A stretch of 64,000 nucleotides of DNA from a virus (Duplodnaviria; Heunggongvirae; Uroviricota; Caudoviricetes). The notes under the pieces were generated by a model, which did no database searches, was not told the origin of the DNA, and worked only from the letters and a program-made list of their open reading frames with translations. Location of the stretch: the IMG/VR virus record IMGVR_UViG_2778261087_000003, one strand, 5' to 3'. The translations under genes and the position numbers were made by a program. Below, piece by piece: positions 1 through 8,668 of this stretch (its first letter is position 1; each line of letters starts with the position of its first letter).

Positions 1-1485
1 GATATCGTTCGCATTAAGTCGCTGGACTTCGACAGCCAGCGCGCAGACGTGGAGATTATCTTTACCTTCAAAGGTACCAAATCGGGTAACTGGGATGTGA
101 AGACGCTGGATAAACAGGTTGATGTAACTCCCGATGAAGATGCTGTTATGCAGAAAATCAGTGGCGGCGTCTCCATCGCCGGGATTAACGACATCATTTC
201 CTGTGACGATTTCTACCGTTTCCAGCAGCGCGGCATGATCAAAATCACTGACTCATACGGCGTTCAGACTACAGAGTCAGGCTATAGCATTGATTTTGTT
301 GGTACCTATACGGACCCACTGAAGCATGCGGTTTACCCGGATCGCCGTGACGGCGCGCTGAAGTCGTCAATTGCAAAATGGGTGCTTGGTATGATGTCGG
401 AAGGGAATAACCGCCAGATCCGTTCGGCAGAAACATTCCTGGTTGAACTGTTTGGCTCCAATTATGGCGATGTAATCGCGTCATACGGAGATACGCTATC
501 CCCTGAAGCAATTCAGGAGAAAATAGCGGATGCGATCGCCAGAATGCCGGAAAAAACAAGCCAGGGGGCTACTCGTAACGGGGATTCTGAACTTGAAGTC
601 ACCAATGCCATTTTCGGTACCAATGAGTTCCGGGCGTCAGATTATGAGATCACCACAGCACAGTTTGGCACCATTGGCATTTACAGTAATAAAGACGAGA
701 TCAAGCAGGCAATGGACGCAGCAAGTGCGCGCATTGCAGCAGAACGGAAAGCCAATCTGAATCATGCAGTCGCCGCGCTGACTCAATCGTGGGTAACAGC
801 AATCAGGGAGGCCGCCACCACAGGGAAAATCACACCTGCAATAGCGGATGTCGTAAACGACGGCTCTAAATTTATGGATGCCTATCAAATGGATGCGGTG
901 AAGTTGCCATCAGCCTATGGTCAACTCAGCTATCGCATGACCTACAACCTGGTATCAATGTTTTCCGACCTTGCCATCCTTGGGCTGGTGGATCTTAACG
1001 AGGTTACGCCGGAATTGCTCAGCATGCGCAAGAATCATGTGGAGATATTGCAGAGAATTAACACGGTTCTTGCCGGGCGCACCGATGAAGAGAAACAGGC
1101 CGACGCTGATCGGATAAACCTGGCCCTTGGCAACATCACAGAGGAAGAGATTGCCGCCAGAAACGAGAAACAAGAAGAGTTATCATCAATACAGGGTGAT
1201 GCCACCAGCATAGCTCAGTCTCTTGGTCTGAATTATCGCGTATCCACCGCCGACCTGAAGATGATGTACGCACCAAAATTCGCCGCTGGCGAGGTATTTG
1301 GGCTTCAGGAAGCCTCAGGCATGAAAGGCGTTCTTTTCCGTGCGAAAGACGCAATCAAGGCGAAATTCGGCGCTCGCTGGCTGCCAGCGAAGGCGAAGAA
1401 CAGCGATTTCCCGGGTAACTGGTGGATTATCGAGACAAAACACAACGTGGCGGACGTTCTGGCCGTCATCCAACAATACGCATAA
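1..1485 (+). CDS. 3' part of a large CDS that begins upstream of the window; possibly the C-terminus of a DarB-like protein (by position only)
   Basis: Frame 1 is open from nt 1 to the stop at 1483-1485 (ORF track shows it only from the first Met at 49); no catalytic motif recognised; sits upstream of the ulx/lxc-like pair as darB does in P1. Confidence 0.5.
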   Translation, partial: DIVRIKSLDFDSQRADVEIIFTFKGTKSGNWDVKTLDKQVDVTPDEDAVMQKISGGVSIAGINDIISCDDFYRFQQRGMIKITDSYGVQTTESGYSIDFVGTYTDPLKHAVYPDRRDGALKSSIAKWVLGMMSEGNNRQIRSAETFLVELFGSNYGDVIASYGDTLSPEAIQEKIADAIARMPEKTSQGATRNGDSELEVTNAIFGTNEFRASDYEITTAQFGTIGIYSNKDEIKQAMDAASARIAAERKANLNHAVAALTQSWVTAIREAATTGKITPAIADVVNDGSKFMDAYQMDAVKLPSAYGQLSYRMTYNLVSMFSDLAILGLVDLNEVTPELLSMRKNHVEILQRINTVLAGRTDEEKQADADRINLALGNITEEEIAARNEKQEELSSIQGDATSIAQSLGLNYRVSTADLKMMYAPKFAAGEVFGLQEASGMKGVLFRAKDAIKAKFGARWLPAKAKNSDFPGNWWIIETKHNVADVLAVIQQYA

Positions 1486-1518
1486 CAGGAGCGCCCGGTT
1501 CGCCGGGCGTCGCATAAT

Positions 1519-1959
1519 ATGGCCACACTATCTGATACAATAAAACCGAATAAAACATATCTTGAGGCGGTACTCCGTACAGCGTTGTTAGGAAAGACAG
1601 AAGACGAATACGTTGATTTCTTCCTGTCAGGGCTACGCGGGCGATTACTGAAAAATCCCCGCCTGTACCGCAGCTACGGCCCATACTGGCCGGAAATTAA
1701 AAAATTATTACTGGAGCGCGGTTATGGTAATTTCGGTCGTCTCGTTGACCGTGACGTTCGCAAAATTTACCGTTATGACCGCCCGGCGCTGACGCTCATA
1801 GCCGCGACGCTCTACAGCCAGGAGCGTTTTGATAATGGTCAGATATACTCAGCCTGGCATTTACTGCCTGTGCCTGAAGAGGTTGACGACCAGGACTATG
1901 AGTTTGAGTCTTACGATTTGGAAGTTGAAGCCTTAGCACAGGCTGGAGAGAAAACTTGA
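1519..1959 (+). CDS. hypothetical protein, Ulx-like by position
   Basis: 146-aa ORF 33 nt downstream of the preceding stop, same strand; no motif recognised; assignment by synteny only. Confidence 0.5.
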   Translation: MATLSDTIKPNKTYLEAVLRTALLGKTEDEYVDFFLSGLRGRLLKNPRLYRSYGPYWPEIKKLLLERGYGNFGRLVDRDVRKIYRYDRPALTLIAATLYSQERFDNGQIYSAWHLLPVPEEVDDQDYEFESYDLEVEALAQAGEKT

Positions 1960-2204
1960 AAAAGCGATACTACACAGTAAAGCATGGGACGCTACGAGCA
2001 TTACAAGAGTTTGCTGACAAGCATAACGTTGAGGTGCGCAGGGAAGGGGGAAGTAAAGCTCTGCGCATGTACCGCCCGGACGGGAAATGGCGGACGGTCG
2101 TCGATTTCAAAACTAACAGCGTTCCCCAGGGCGTCCGTGACCGGGCATTCGAGGAATGGGAGCAGATCATCATAGATAACGCATTGCTCCTGAATGCTGA
2201 TTAA
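1956..2204 (+). CDS. small basic protein, Lxc/Bof-like by position
   Basis: 82-aa ORF with TTG start overlapping the upstream stop (TTGA), suggesting translational coupling; assignment by synteny and size only. Confidence 0.4.
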   Translation: MKKRYYTVKHGTLRALQEFADKHNVEVRREGGSKALRMYRPDGKWRTVVDFKTNSVPQGVRDRAFEEWEQIIIDNALLLNAD

Positions 2205-2208
2205 GAAC

Positions 2209-2237
2209 TCTCCGGCCTAGGGAGATTAGGCCGGAGA
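2209..2237. terminator. 10-bp perfect inverted repeat between convergent genes (possible bidirectional terminator)
   Basis: tctccggcct...aggccggaga stem with 9-nt loop in the 41-nt gap between the lxc-like gene (+) and the SIR2-like gene (-); no strong U-tract. Confidence 0.4.
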
Positions 2238-2245
2238 TAAATATA

Positions 2246-3550
2246 CTATATAAACTTAGATATAATATCGTGAATCTGTTGTAGCGGGATTTCTTCCATC
2301 TTACTCTTAATAAGAGAGCGGTTAGATGCTGTCAGTGAAGGCCATTTTGTTTTCCAGGCTAGATATGCTCGCCATGAGTAGCCTGTTTCGTAAGGTTTAT
2401 TCATATAAGTCATTGAGTGTTCAACCGCATGTATGTATTTTTTCTCAAAGTTGGTTCCTTTTACTTCAAATAAACTACCGAAATAAATAAGCCATTTTGC
2501 CAGGTGTTCATACTGCTCCCATGCGCCAGACTCTTTAGTAAGATCTATTTTTTTATCTATTATATCACAAAAAACATTTAATACCTTTTCATCATTCCAG
2601 CTATATCCAGATGATGAAATGGAGGAAATGATATGATAAAAAGAATCCTCTAACTTCAAGAACTCTATTTTATACTCTCTTCCGTTTTTTATTACCGATT
2701 TGATTGAGTGCCTCAATTTGTCTTTTATTTTTTTTGCTTCTGGAATTTTCTTGTTAAGTTTTCTAAAGAAATCAGACACCTCTGTTTTATCTATAACCCT
2801 AATCCCAAAGCAGGAAAAATAGTAATCTTTAATAGGTTGCAATAGTTTCCCTCGGGAAATAAGGAAAATATTGGAGGACATTACGTTGTCCCGTGAAAAT
2901 ACCTTATATTCATTTATAATCGCCTTGAGGTTCGCGTCACTTAGAGAATAGCCAAGAATAACAATAGTGTTTTCATGTAGAACTGTGCTTAGTTTATTTG
3001 AAAAGTAAGAATTACCATTTATAAATCTGAAATAATCCTCGCTAGTAACAACCATATCTGATGGGGAGTCTATAGAGCCGTGAACATGGTAGACTTTAAC
3101 CTCACAATTATATTTTGGAATTGGCAGGCCGGGGGTGATTGTACACGTTCGATTCTCTCCAGCCAGTTTTTCTGCTAACTTGTCATAATTTGTCGTAATT
3201 ACTTTAAATGTGTTTTCTTTGAAAAAGTCTTGAATATATTCAATTGATGGATCAAGTTCGATTGAGGCTATGATTTTCTCAATCTCCTGGTAAATATTTT
3301 TCCCCGAAAGTATAAATTTTAGTGCAATAACCTGAGCTGCCTCTTCAAGGCTAAGGTCTTTTGCTTTTCCATCAGGAAATAATTCCTCTTTGAGTGAGTC
3401 ACCATCCTTCAATAAACCGCACAGTTGCTCCAATAAAGATTGCCAACTTGGGGCTTTATCATCAGAAACAGCCTTTGAAAATCCAGTGCCTGTAAGAAAG
3501 CACAGCCTATGTGTAGCTGCTGCATAGGCAATTTCTATATACTCGCTCAT
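2246..3550 (-). CDS. SIR2-like (DHS-like NAD-binding fold) protein with a C-terminal helical domain of unknown function; candidate NAD-consuming defence effector
   Basis: 434 aa; motifs GTGFS (aa ~21), TTNYD (~120), HVHGS (~147), GYSLSD (~200) typical of SIR2-like defence NADases; GGAG RBS 6 nt upstream of ATG; strongly AT-rich compared with flanks. Confidence 0.8.
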   Translation of the reverse strand: MSEYIEIAYAAATHRLCFLTGTGFSKAVSDDKAPSWQSLLEQLCGLLKDGDSLKEELFPDGKAKDLSLEEAAQVIALKFILSGKNIYQEIEKIIASIELDPSIEYIQDFFKENTFKVITTNYDKLAEKLAGENRTCTITPGLPIPKYNCEVKVYHVHGSIDSPSDMVVTSEDYFRFINGNSYFSNKLSTVLHENTIVILGYSLSDANLKAIINEYKVFSRDNVMSSNIFLISRGKLLQPIKDYYFSCFGIRVIDKTEVSDFFRKLNKKIPEAKKIKDKLRHSIKSVIKNGREYKIEFLKLEDSFYHIISSISSSGYSWNDEKVLNVFCDIIDKKIDLTKESGAWEQYEHLAKWLIYFGSLFEVKGTNFEKKYIHAVEHSMTYMNKPYETGYSWRAYLAWKTKWPSLTASNRSLIKSKMEEIPLQQIHDIISKFI

Positions 3551-3606
3551 TACTTACTCCATTTACTTATAGTTCTACGGAGAAGTATACCCTAATGCAT
3601 TGACGT

Positions 3607-4248
3607 TTATAGATAATTTCCTTTTCCTGTTAATACTCCCTTAGGCACCTGTTTTTGTGCCAGCGTTTGGGTTCCGCGAATTATGTTAATCAGAGGGCTT
3701 AGTAACGATGGTTCCTGGCGTGCCTCAACTTCTCCAGCCATTGCCCTGATGTAGTCTGCGCTGGCAACGTTGTTGTATTCCGTCGCAAAGCAACATAGTA
3801 ACGTCAGAACATGCTCTGTCGTTATTTCGCTCCAGTTGATGTTGAAAAATTCATCGCCTTTTTTGTCGTGTTCGGAATCGAAGATGCTTTGGTGGAGGAT
3901 GTATTTGCCGGATTCTTTGCGCGGTAACTTGATCGCTTTCTGGCGTTCCAGCTCCTTGTAAATCTGCATTGCCTCAATTAGTACCGGCCTGCCGTTCATG
4001 AAGGGATCGCGCAACCTTACACGCTGGCCAACTCGTCCAGTAATAAAGCTGTTTTCCTCTTCCACCAGCACGATAAAACCCTTTTCCTCTTTTTCTCGCA
4101 ATTCGCGCAGCAGCTGGAGTTCCATATCGCGGCGGCGTTCAGGGTAGCTGGTCCGCTCAGCCATTATCAGCTCGTTATTGATCCATGCAGCAGTCATTGA
4201 CGCCGGTTTGCCGACGCTCATCGAAACAACGCATATTTTCTTATCCAT
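3607..4248 (-). CDS. Mat-like particle maturation protein (by position between ref and the res/mod slot)
   Basis: ORF track gives 3607..4359; the first 37 codons look like a spurious extension (W/F-rich) and an AGGGGG RBS precedes Met38 (MDKKICVV...), so start placed at 4248. Confidence 0.5.
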   Translation of the reverse strand: MDKKICVVSMSVGKPASMTAAWINNELIMAERTSYPERRRDMELQLLRELREKEEKGFIVLVEEENSFITGRVGQRVRLRDPFMNGRPVLIEAMQIYKELERQKAIKLPRKESGKYILHQSIFDSEHDKKGDEFFNINWSEITTEHVLTLLCCFATEYNNVASADYIRAMAGEVEARQEPSLLSPLINIIRGTQTLAQKQVPKGVLTGKGNYL

Positions 4249-4437
4249 AGCGCCCCCTACAAAAAAGAAAAGCCACCAGCGGCGGCTTAGCAATACAACT
4301 GAAGGTAGCGCCCGGTACTCAGACTGTGCCGTCCATGGAATATTTGAAAAGGGATCCATCCGTACCGGGCGTGTGATGATTCTGACTGAAGTAACTTGTC
4401 AGTTGTCAATCATTTATCATTAAAAATAATATATTTA

Positions 4438-4998
4438 TTAGTGCATGATGTTTGCCATCTCATAGGCGTCAGCCAGCAACTCCATCTCTGACTTGTTCAG
4501 CAAGGTGAATTCTTTCTTGCCTCCAACCACACCATCGGCATGGACAGGGACCAGCCAGGGGTATTTTTCTCTTACTTCAGCCGGTGCTGCATGCTGGTGG
4601 TGCCATCTACAAAGGGGCAATTGCTTTTTGTGACAACCCGGCGCGGTACGACCGGAGATATGGTGCAGAGATACCTCTTCAGATATTACTCCATGCATAT
4701 AGCAGGCAATGCAGGGGAGAGCGCCAAGAGCATTGGCGATGCTCCGTTCCTCCGCTGTCGGTGTTCGCCCCTTCAAGCCACGAGATTTTATCTTTACCGC
4801 ACTTTTCCGCGTTTTGCTGGCTGGTGGGCGCTCTTTCTGTTTAGCGATACGGCGGTCGATAGAATCCCGCATTTTCTGATATTGCGATTCTCGCCAGGCG
4901 GGGTCAGCCAACTTTTCCCGTTGCCGAGCGATAGCTCGTTCTCTGGCTGCCTTCTGCCACTTGCGGCACTGTTCAATTTTTTGTTCGTTTGTTTTCAT
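4438..4998 (-). CDS. ref: Ref recombination enhancement function, HNH-type endonuclease
   Basis: 186 aa, basic N-terminus, Cys/His cluster (CIACYMHG...HHISGR...CRWHH) typical of an HNH fold; P1 order cre-cra-ref. Confidence 0.8.
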   Translation of the reverse strand: MKTNEQKIEQCRKWQKAARERAIARQREKLADPAWRESQYQKMRDSIDRRIAKQKERPPASKTRKSAVKIKSRGLKGRTPTAEERSIANALGALPCIACYMHGVISEEVSLHHISGRTAPGCHKKQLPLCRWHHQHAAPAEVREKYPWLVPVHADGVVGGKKEFTLLNKSEMELLADAYEMANIMH

Positions 4999-5097
4999 AT
5001 GGCAAAAAAAAAGGCGGCCTAATGGCCGCCAATGATGTCAAGGAGTGAAGTAATGGCAACGTCTTCGTAGTTGACAAAAACTGCGGCTCAATTATAG

Positions 5098-5114
5098 CAA
5101 TCAATTAGAGCAAT
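5098..5114. promoter_or_regulatory. C1 repressor operator-like 17-mer upstream of ref
   Basis: Minus-strand reading ATTGCTCTAATTGATTG, close match to the P1 C1 operator consensus ATTGCTCTAATAAATTT. Confidence 0.55.
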
Positions 5115-5245
5115 GATAGATGTTTTGTTAATCGCGAATCACATTTTTTCACTTCAGTACCTGTGTGCTATACTCCTTCTTGATTGATTGGATGCGGAAT
5201 ACAAACCCGCTCTTTTGTGCAGCCTGGCTCCTTGCCAGGCTTTTT

Positions 5246-5557
5246 TTATTTCATCATGGACGCTGTTAACGCTTTGGATCTTGCTGAACTGATTGAAAGG
5301 GCATTGTTTACCTTACCCAGGAGTTCGCCAAATTCCGCCATCACTCTATTAAGCCCGCGCCGCGCTTCCTCCTCCGTTGCATTCATCACAAAATGTTCAG
5401 CACTCCGCATGCTTTTAACGGGGAACGCAACAGATATCGAGTCGATATCTGGCATCCTATCGCTCAATTTTACGGTGACAATGACAGATGGTGACTGAAT
5501 TTGAGAGCTTACAGACAGCACCACATATTTTCCGTCTATTTTGAAATCCTTCCGCAT
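5246..5557 (-). CDS. cra: Cra-like small protein (C1-repressor-controlled function), by position
   Basis: 103-aa ORF immediately downstream of cre, preceded by a C1-operator-like 17-mer; no motif recognised. Confidence 0.45.
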   Translation of the reverse strand: MRKDFKIDGKYVVLSVSSQIQSPSVIVTVKLSDRMPDIDSISVAFPVKSMRSAEHFVMNATEEEARRGLNRVMAEFGELLGKVNNALSISSARSKALTASMMK

Positions 5558-5573
5558 GTGTCACCATAAACAT

Positions 5574-5590
5574 CAAATAATTAGAGCAAT
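5574..5590. promoter_or_regulatory. C1 operator-like 17-mer upstream of the cra-like gene
   Basis: Minus-strand reading ATTGCTCTAATTATTTG. Confidence 0.5.
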
Positions 5591-5607
5591 CAAGCGCAAA
5601 TTGACGG

Positions 5608-6639
5608 CTAATCGCCATCTTCCAGCAGGCGCACCATTGCCCCCGTTTCACTATCCAGGTTACGAATGTAGTTCATGACAATATTTACGTTGGTCCAGCC
5701 ACCAGCTTGCATGATCTCCGGTATTGAAACTCCGGCGCGGGCCATATCTCGCGCGGCACCGACACGGGCACTATGTCCAGACCAGGCCAGGTATCGCTGA
5801 CCAGAGTCATCTTTTGCCCCGTAAATCAATCGGTGAGTTGCTTCAAAAATCCCTTCCAGGGCGCGAGTTGATAGCTGGCTGGTGGATGATGGCGCGGCAA
5901 CACCATTTTTTCTGACGCGGCAAAACAGGTAGTTATTCGGATCATCAGCTACACCAGAGACAGAAATCCATCGCTCAACCAGTTTAGTTACCCCCAGGCT
6001 AAGTGCCTTCTCTACACCAGCGGTGCTAACCAGCGTTTTCGTTCTGCCAATATGGATTAACATCCTCCCACCGTCAGTACGTGAGATATCTTTAACCCTG
6101 ATCCTGGAAATTTCGGCTATACGTAACAGGGTGTTATAAGCAATCCCCAGAAATGCCAGATTACGTATATCCTGGCAGCGATCGCTATTTTCCATGAGTG
6201 AACGAACCTGGTCGAAATCAGTGCGTTCGAACGCCAGCGCCTGTTTTGCACGCTCACCGGCATCAACGTTTTCTTTTCGGATCCGTCGCATGACCAGTGA
6301 AACAGCATTGCTGTCACTTGGTCGTGGCAGACCGGACCGACGATGAAGCATATTTAGCTGGCCCAAATGTTGCTGGATAGTTTTTACTGCCAGACCGCGC
6401 GCCTGAAGATATAGAAGATAATCGCGAACATCTTCAGGTTCTGCGGGAAACCATTTCCGGTTATTCAACTTGCACCATGCCGCCCACGACCGGCAAACGG
6501 ACAGAAGCATTTTCCAGGTATGCTCAGAAAACGCCTGGCGATCCCTGAACATGTCCATCAGGTTCTTGCGAACCTCATCACTCGTTGCATCGACCGGTAA
6601 TGCAGGCAAATTTTGGTGTACGGTCAGTAAATTGGACAT
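5608..6639 (-). CDS. cre: Cre site-specific tyrosine recombinase
   Basis: 343 aa, N-terminus MSNLLTVHQNLPALPVDATSDEVRKNLMDMFRDRQAFSEHTWKMLLSVCRSWAAWCKL and the rest match canonical Cre as I remember it; loxP lies about 420 bp upstream. Confidence 0.98.
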   Translation of the reverse strand: MSNLLTVHQNLPALPVDATSDEVRKNLMDMFRDRQAFSEHTWKMLLSVCRSWAAWCKLNNRKWFPAEPEDVRDYLLYLQARGLAVKTIQQHLGQLNMLHRRSGLPRPSDSNAVSLVMRRIRKENVDAGERAKQALAFERTDFDQVRSLMENSDRCQDIRNLAFLGIAYNTLLRIAEISRIRVKDISRTDGGRMLIHIGRTKTLVSTAGVEKALSLGVTKLVERWISVSGVADDPNNYLFCRVRKNGVAAPSSTSQLSTRALEGIFEATHRLIYGAKDDSGQRYLAWSGHSARVGAARDMARAGVSIPEIMQAGGWTNVNIVMNYIRNLDSETGAMVRLLEDGD

Positions 6640-6646
6640 TTAACAC

Positions 6647-6868
6647 TCAGATAATGGTTTTAAGTAAAGTGTACAGGATCGGCTCTGCCTTTACCTGTTT
6701 ATGGTTCTCGTCATAGAAACGCCAGCGACCGCGCGTGCGTTCTATTTTCTCTTCACCGCGAGATAATGACAGTTGGTAACTATCACGCTCAAACCCTTTT
6801 GCCCGCCAGTAACCACGGTTTTTCTCAAGCTCAAGATGAGTGGACACTTTAGCAGCTGAATATCCCAT
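6647..6868 (-). CDS. small basic hypothetical ORF in the loxP-cre leader
   Basis: 73-aa ORF with GAGGTG RBS; ends 8 nt before the cre start; may be non-coding leader. Confidence 0.25.
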   Translation of the reverse strand: MGYSAAKVSTHLELEKNRGYWRAKGFERDSYQLSLSRGEEKIERTRGRWRFYDENHKQVKAEPILYTLLKTII

Positions 6869-6965
6869 TTTTCACCTCTGATTGATTGGTGGTGCTAAGT
6901 GCGCTACGCGAAATCTGGAGCACTAACACTGCCAACATTTCGCAGATTTTACGTAGCGCAACCTT

Positions 6966-6985
6966 GATCAAATGATCAAGTGATC
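6966..6985. promoter_or_regulatory. cluster of three GATC (Dam) sites in the cre upstream region
   Basis: ttGATCaaatGATCaagtGATCac; P1 cre promoters are known to be Dam-sensitive. Confidence 0.4.
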
Positions 6986-7057
6986 ACTATTTGACCTGAT
7001 AAGGTATTGAACTGTATGGATTTACAGGTAAATTGATCATGTTCAATAACCCTTAAG

Positions 7058-7091
7058 ATAACTTCGTATAATGTATGCTATACGAAGTTAT
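7058..7091 (+). other. loxP recombination site
   Basis: Exact 34-bp ATAACTTCGTATA-ATGTATGC-TATACGAAGTTAT. Confidence 0.98.
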
Positions 7092-7134
7092 TAGGTCTGA
7101 AGAGGAGTTTACGTCCAGCTGCGCATAAAAATCA

Positions 7135-7151
7135 AGAATTATTAGAGCAAT
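7135..7151. promoter_or_regulatory. C1 operator-like 17-mer (immC control region)
   Basis: Minus-strand reading ATTGCTCTAATAATTCT, between loxP and coi. Confidence 0.55.
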
Positions 7152-7217
7152 AAATTTTGAGAGAAAAATCCCACTCCACCAGCCAAAAACTGGATTGTTT
7201 TTCATAGTTGTTTGACA

Positions 7218-7234
7218 ATTGCTCTAATAAATTA
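7218..7234. promoter_or_regulatory. C1 operator (immC control region)
   Basis: Plus-strand ATTGCTCTAATAAATTA. Confidence 0.6.
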
Positions 7235-7472
7235 TAGTTTTGCCGCCGTTTCGTAATACGACTTTGGATTCACTATTTAATGTGTCTTCAGCGTTGTAGA
7301 GCGGCTCAGAAGGAAATGAGCAAACAGGGAAACCTTATACAACGGCATTACAGCTATGCATTGCTCATCTTACACACAGCGCAATGTTGTTAGATTACCC
7401 CAGCATGGATCATGGGTGAAACAGTAGGTCAGAGCTTCAGGCTCTGTGTTGTCAATACAGTGAGGCATAATT

Positions 7473-7682
7473 ATGGCTTTCATTCCACCAACCATCGACG
7501 ACGTTAGACATTGCTCTAACGCTTTATCTGTAGACCCCGCCGAAACCGACGCTGCCCGCGCCATTGCTGAACACTACTCAAAGATATCCAATCAGGAGTA
7601 CCGCATCACCCAAGACGACCTGGATGATCTCACTGACACAATCGAATATCTCATGGCCACTAACCAGCCAGACTCACAATAA
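7473..7682 (+). CDS. coi: Coi, C1 inactivator
   Basis: 69-aa ORF directly upstream of c1 with operators in its promoter region; size and position as in P1. Confidence 0.75.
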   Translation: MAFIPPTIDDVRHCSNALSVDPAETDAARAIAEHYSKISNQEYRITQDDLDDLTDTIEYLMATNQPDSQ

Positions 7683-7792
7683 ATGCACTAATAAATCTAT
7701 TATTTTCGTTGGATCCTTCTATAATGGTGGCCAACAACTCCCAGTGTAATCCGCTGTGAGTTGTTGGCCATGTCAATTCTGGAGGAGGATCA

Positions 7793-8644
7793 ATGATAAA
7801 TTATGTCTACGGCGAACAACTGTACCAGGAGTTCGTCAGCTTCAGGGATCTCTTTCTAAAAAAAGCTGTTGCACGCGCCCAACACGTTGATGCCGCCAGC
7901 GACGGTCGTCCTGTACGCCCGGTTGTCGTTCTGCCGTTCAAAGAAACTGACAGCATTCAGGCTGAAATTGATAAATGGACTTTAATGGCGCGGGAACTGG
8001 AACAGTACCCAGACCTCAATATCCCAAAGACTATTTTATATCCAGTGCCTAACATCCTTCGCGGTGTGCGTAAGGTTACGACTTATCAGACAGAAGCTGT
8101 GAACAGCGTCAACATGACCGCTGGCCGCATTATTCATCTGATTGATAAGGACATTCGCATCCAGAAAAGCGCAGGGATCAATGAGCACAGTGCGAAATAC
8201 ATAGAGAACCTGGAAGCAACAAAAGAGCTAATGAAGCAGTACCCGGAGGATGAAAAATTCCGTATGCGCGTACACGGCTTTAGCGAAACAATGCTGCGCG
8301 TCCATTACATTTCTAGTAGCCCTAACTACAATGATGGTAAATCAGTTAGTTACCATGTGCCGCTATGTGGTGTGTTTATCTGCGATGAAACTCTCCGTGA
8401 TGGAATTATCATCAACGGTGAATTCGAGAAAGCAAAATTTAGCCTTTATGACTCTATAGAACCGATCATCTGCGACCGCTGGCCGCAGGCAAAAATATAT
8501 CGCCTGGCAGATATTGAAAATGTAAAAAAACAAATTGCCATCACTCGCGAAGAGAAAAAGGTCAAATCAGCCGCATCAGTTACGCGCAGCCGTAAAACTA
8601 AGAAGGGGCAGCCAGTAAACGACAACCCCGAAAGCGCGCAATAG
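7793..8644 (+). CDS. c1: C1 repressor of lytic functions
   Basis: 283-aa ORF with strong GGAGGAGG RBS, downstream of coi and next to pacB; length and synteny match P1 C1; its cognate 17-mer operators are scattered through the window. Confidence 0.85.
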   Translation: MINYVYGEQLYQEFVSFRDLFLKKAVARAQHVDAASDGRPVRPVVVLPFKETDSIQAEIDKWTLMARELEQYPDLNIPKTILYPVPNILRGVRKVTTYQTEAVNSVNMTAGRIIHLIDKDIRIQKSAGINEHSAKYIENLEATKELMKQYPEDEKFRMRVHGFSETMLRVHYISSSPNYNDGKSVSYHVPLCGVFICDETLRDGIIINGEFEKAKFSLYDSIEPIICDRWPQAKIYRLADIENVKKQIAITREEKKVKSAASVTRSRKTKKGQPVNDNPESAQ

Positions 8645-8668
8645 TTTCCATCCGGCATGGTCAATGAG

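Noticed and set aside
1956-2204. HicA-like toxin assignment for the 82-aa TTG-initiated ORF
   Set aside because: The resemblance (GGSK...TVVDF...VPQGV) is loose and there is no HicB-like partner; synteny favours an Lxc/Bof-like regulator.
2246-3550. Classifying the SIR2-like gene as Thoeris ThsA
   Set aside because: There is no TIR-domain ThsB gene adjacent, and the C-terminal domain lacks the glycine-rich Rossmann features expected of a SLOG domain; left as unclassified SIR2-like.
2205-3606. IS1 or other insertion sequence in the res/mod slot
   Set aside because: No transposase-like ORF and no terminal inverted repeats were seen; Cre is the only recombinase detected in the window.
4426-4444. 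Weak C1-operator-like sequence between ref and mat
   Set aside because: It matches only about 10 of 13 core positions (CACTAATAAATAT), too degenerate to call.
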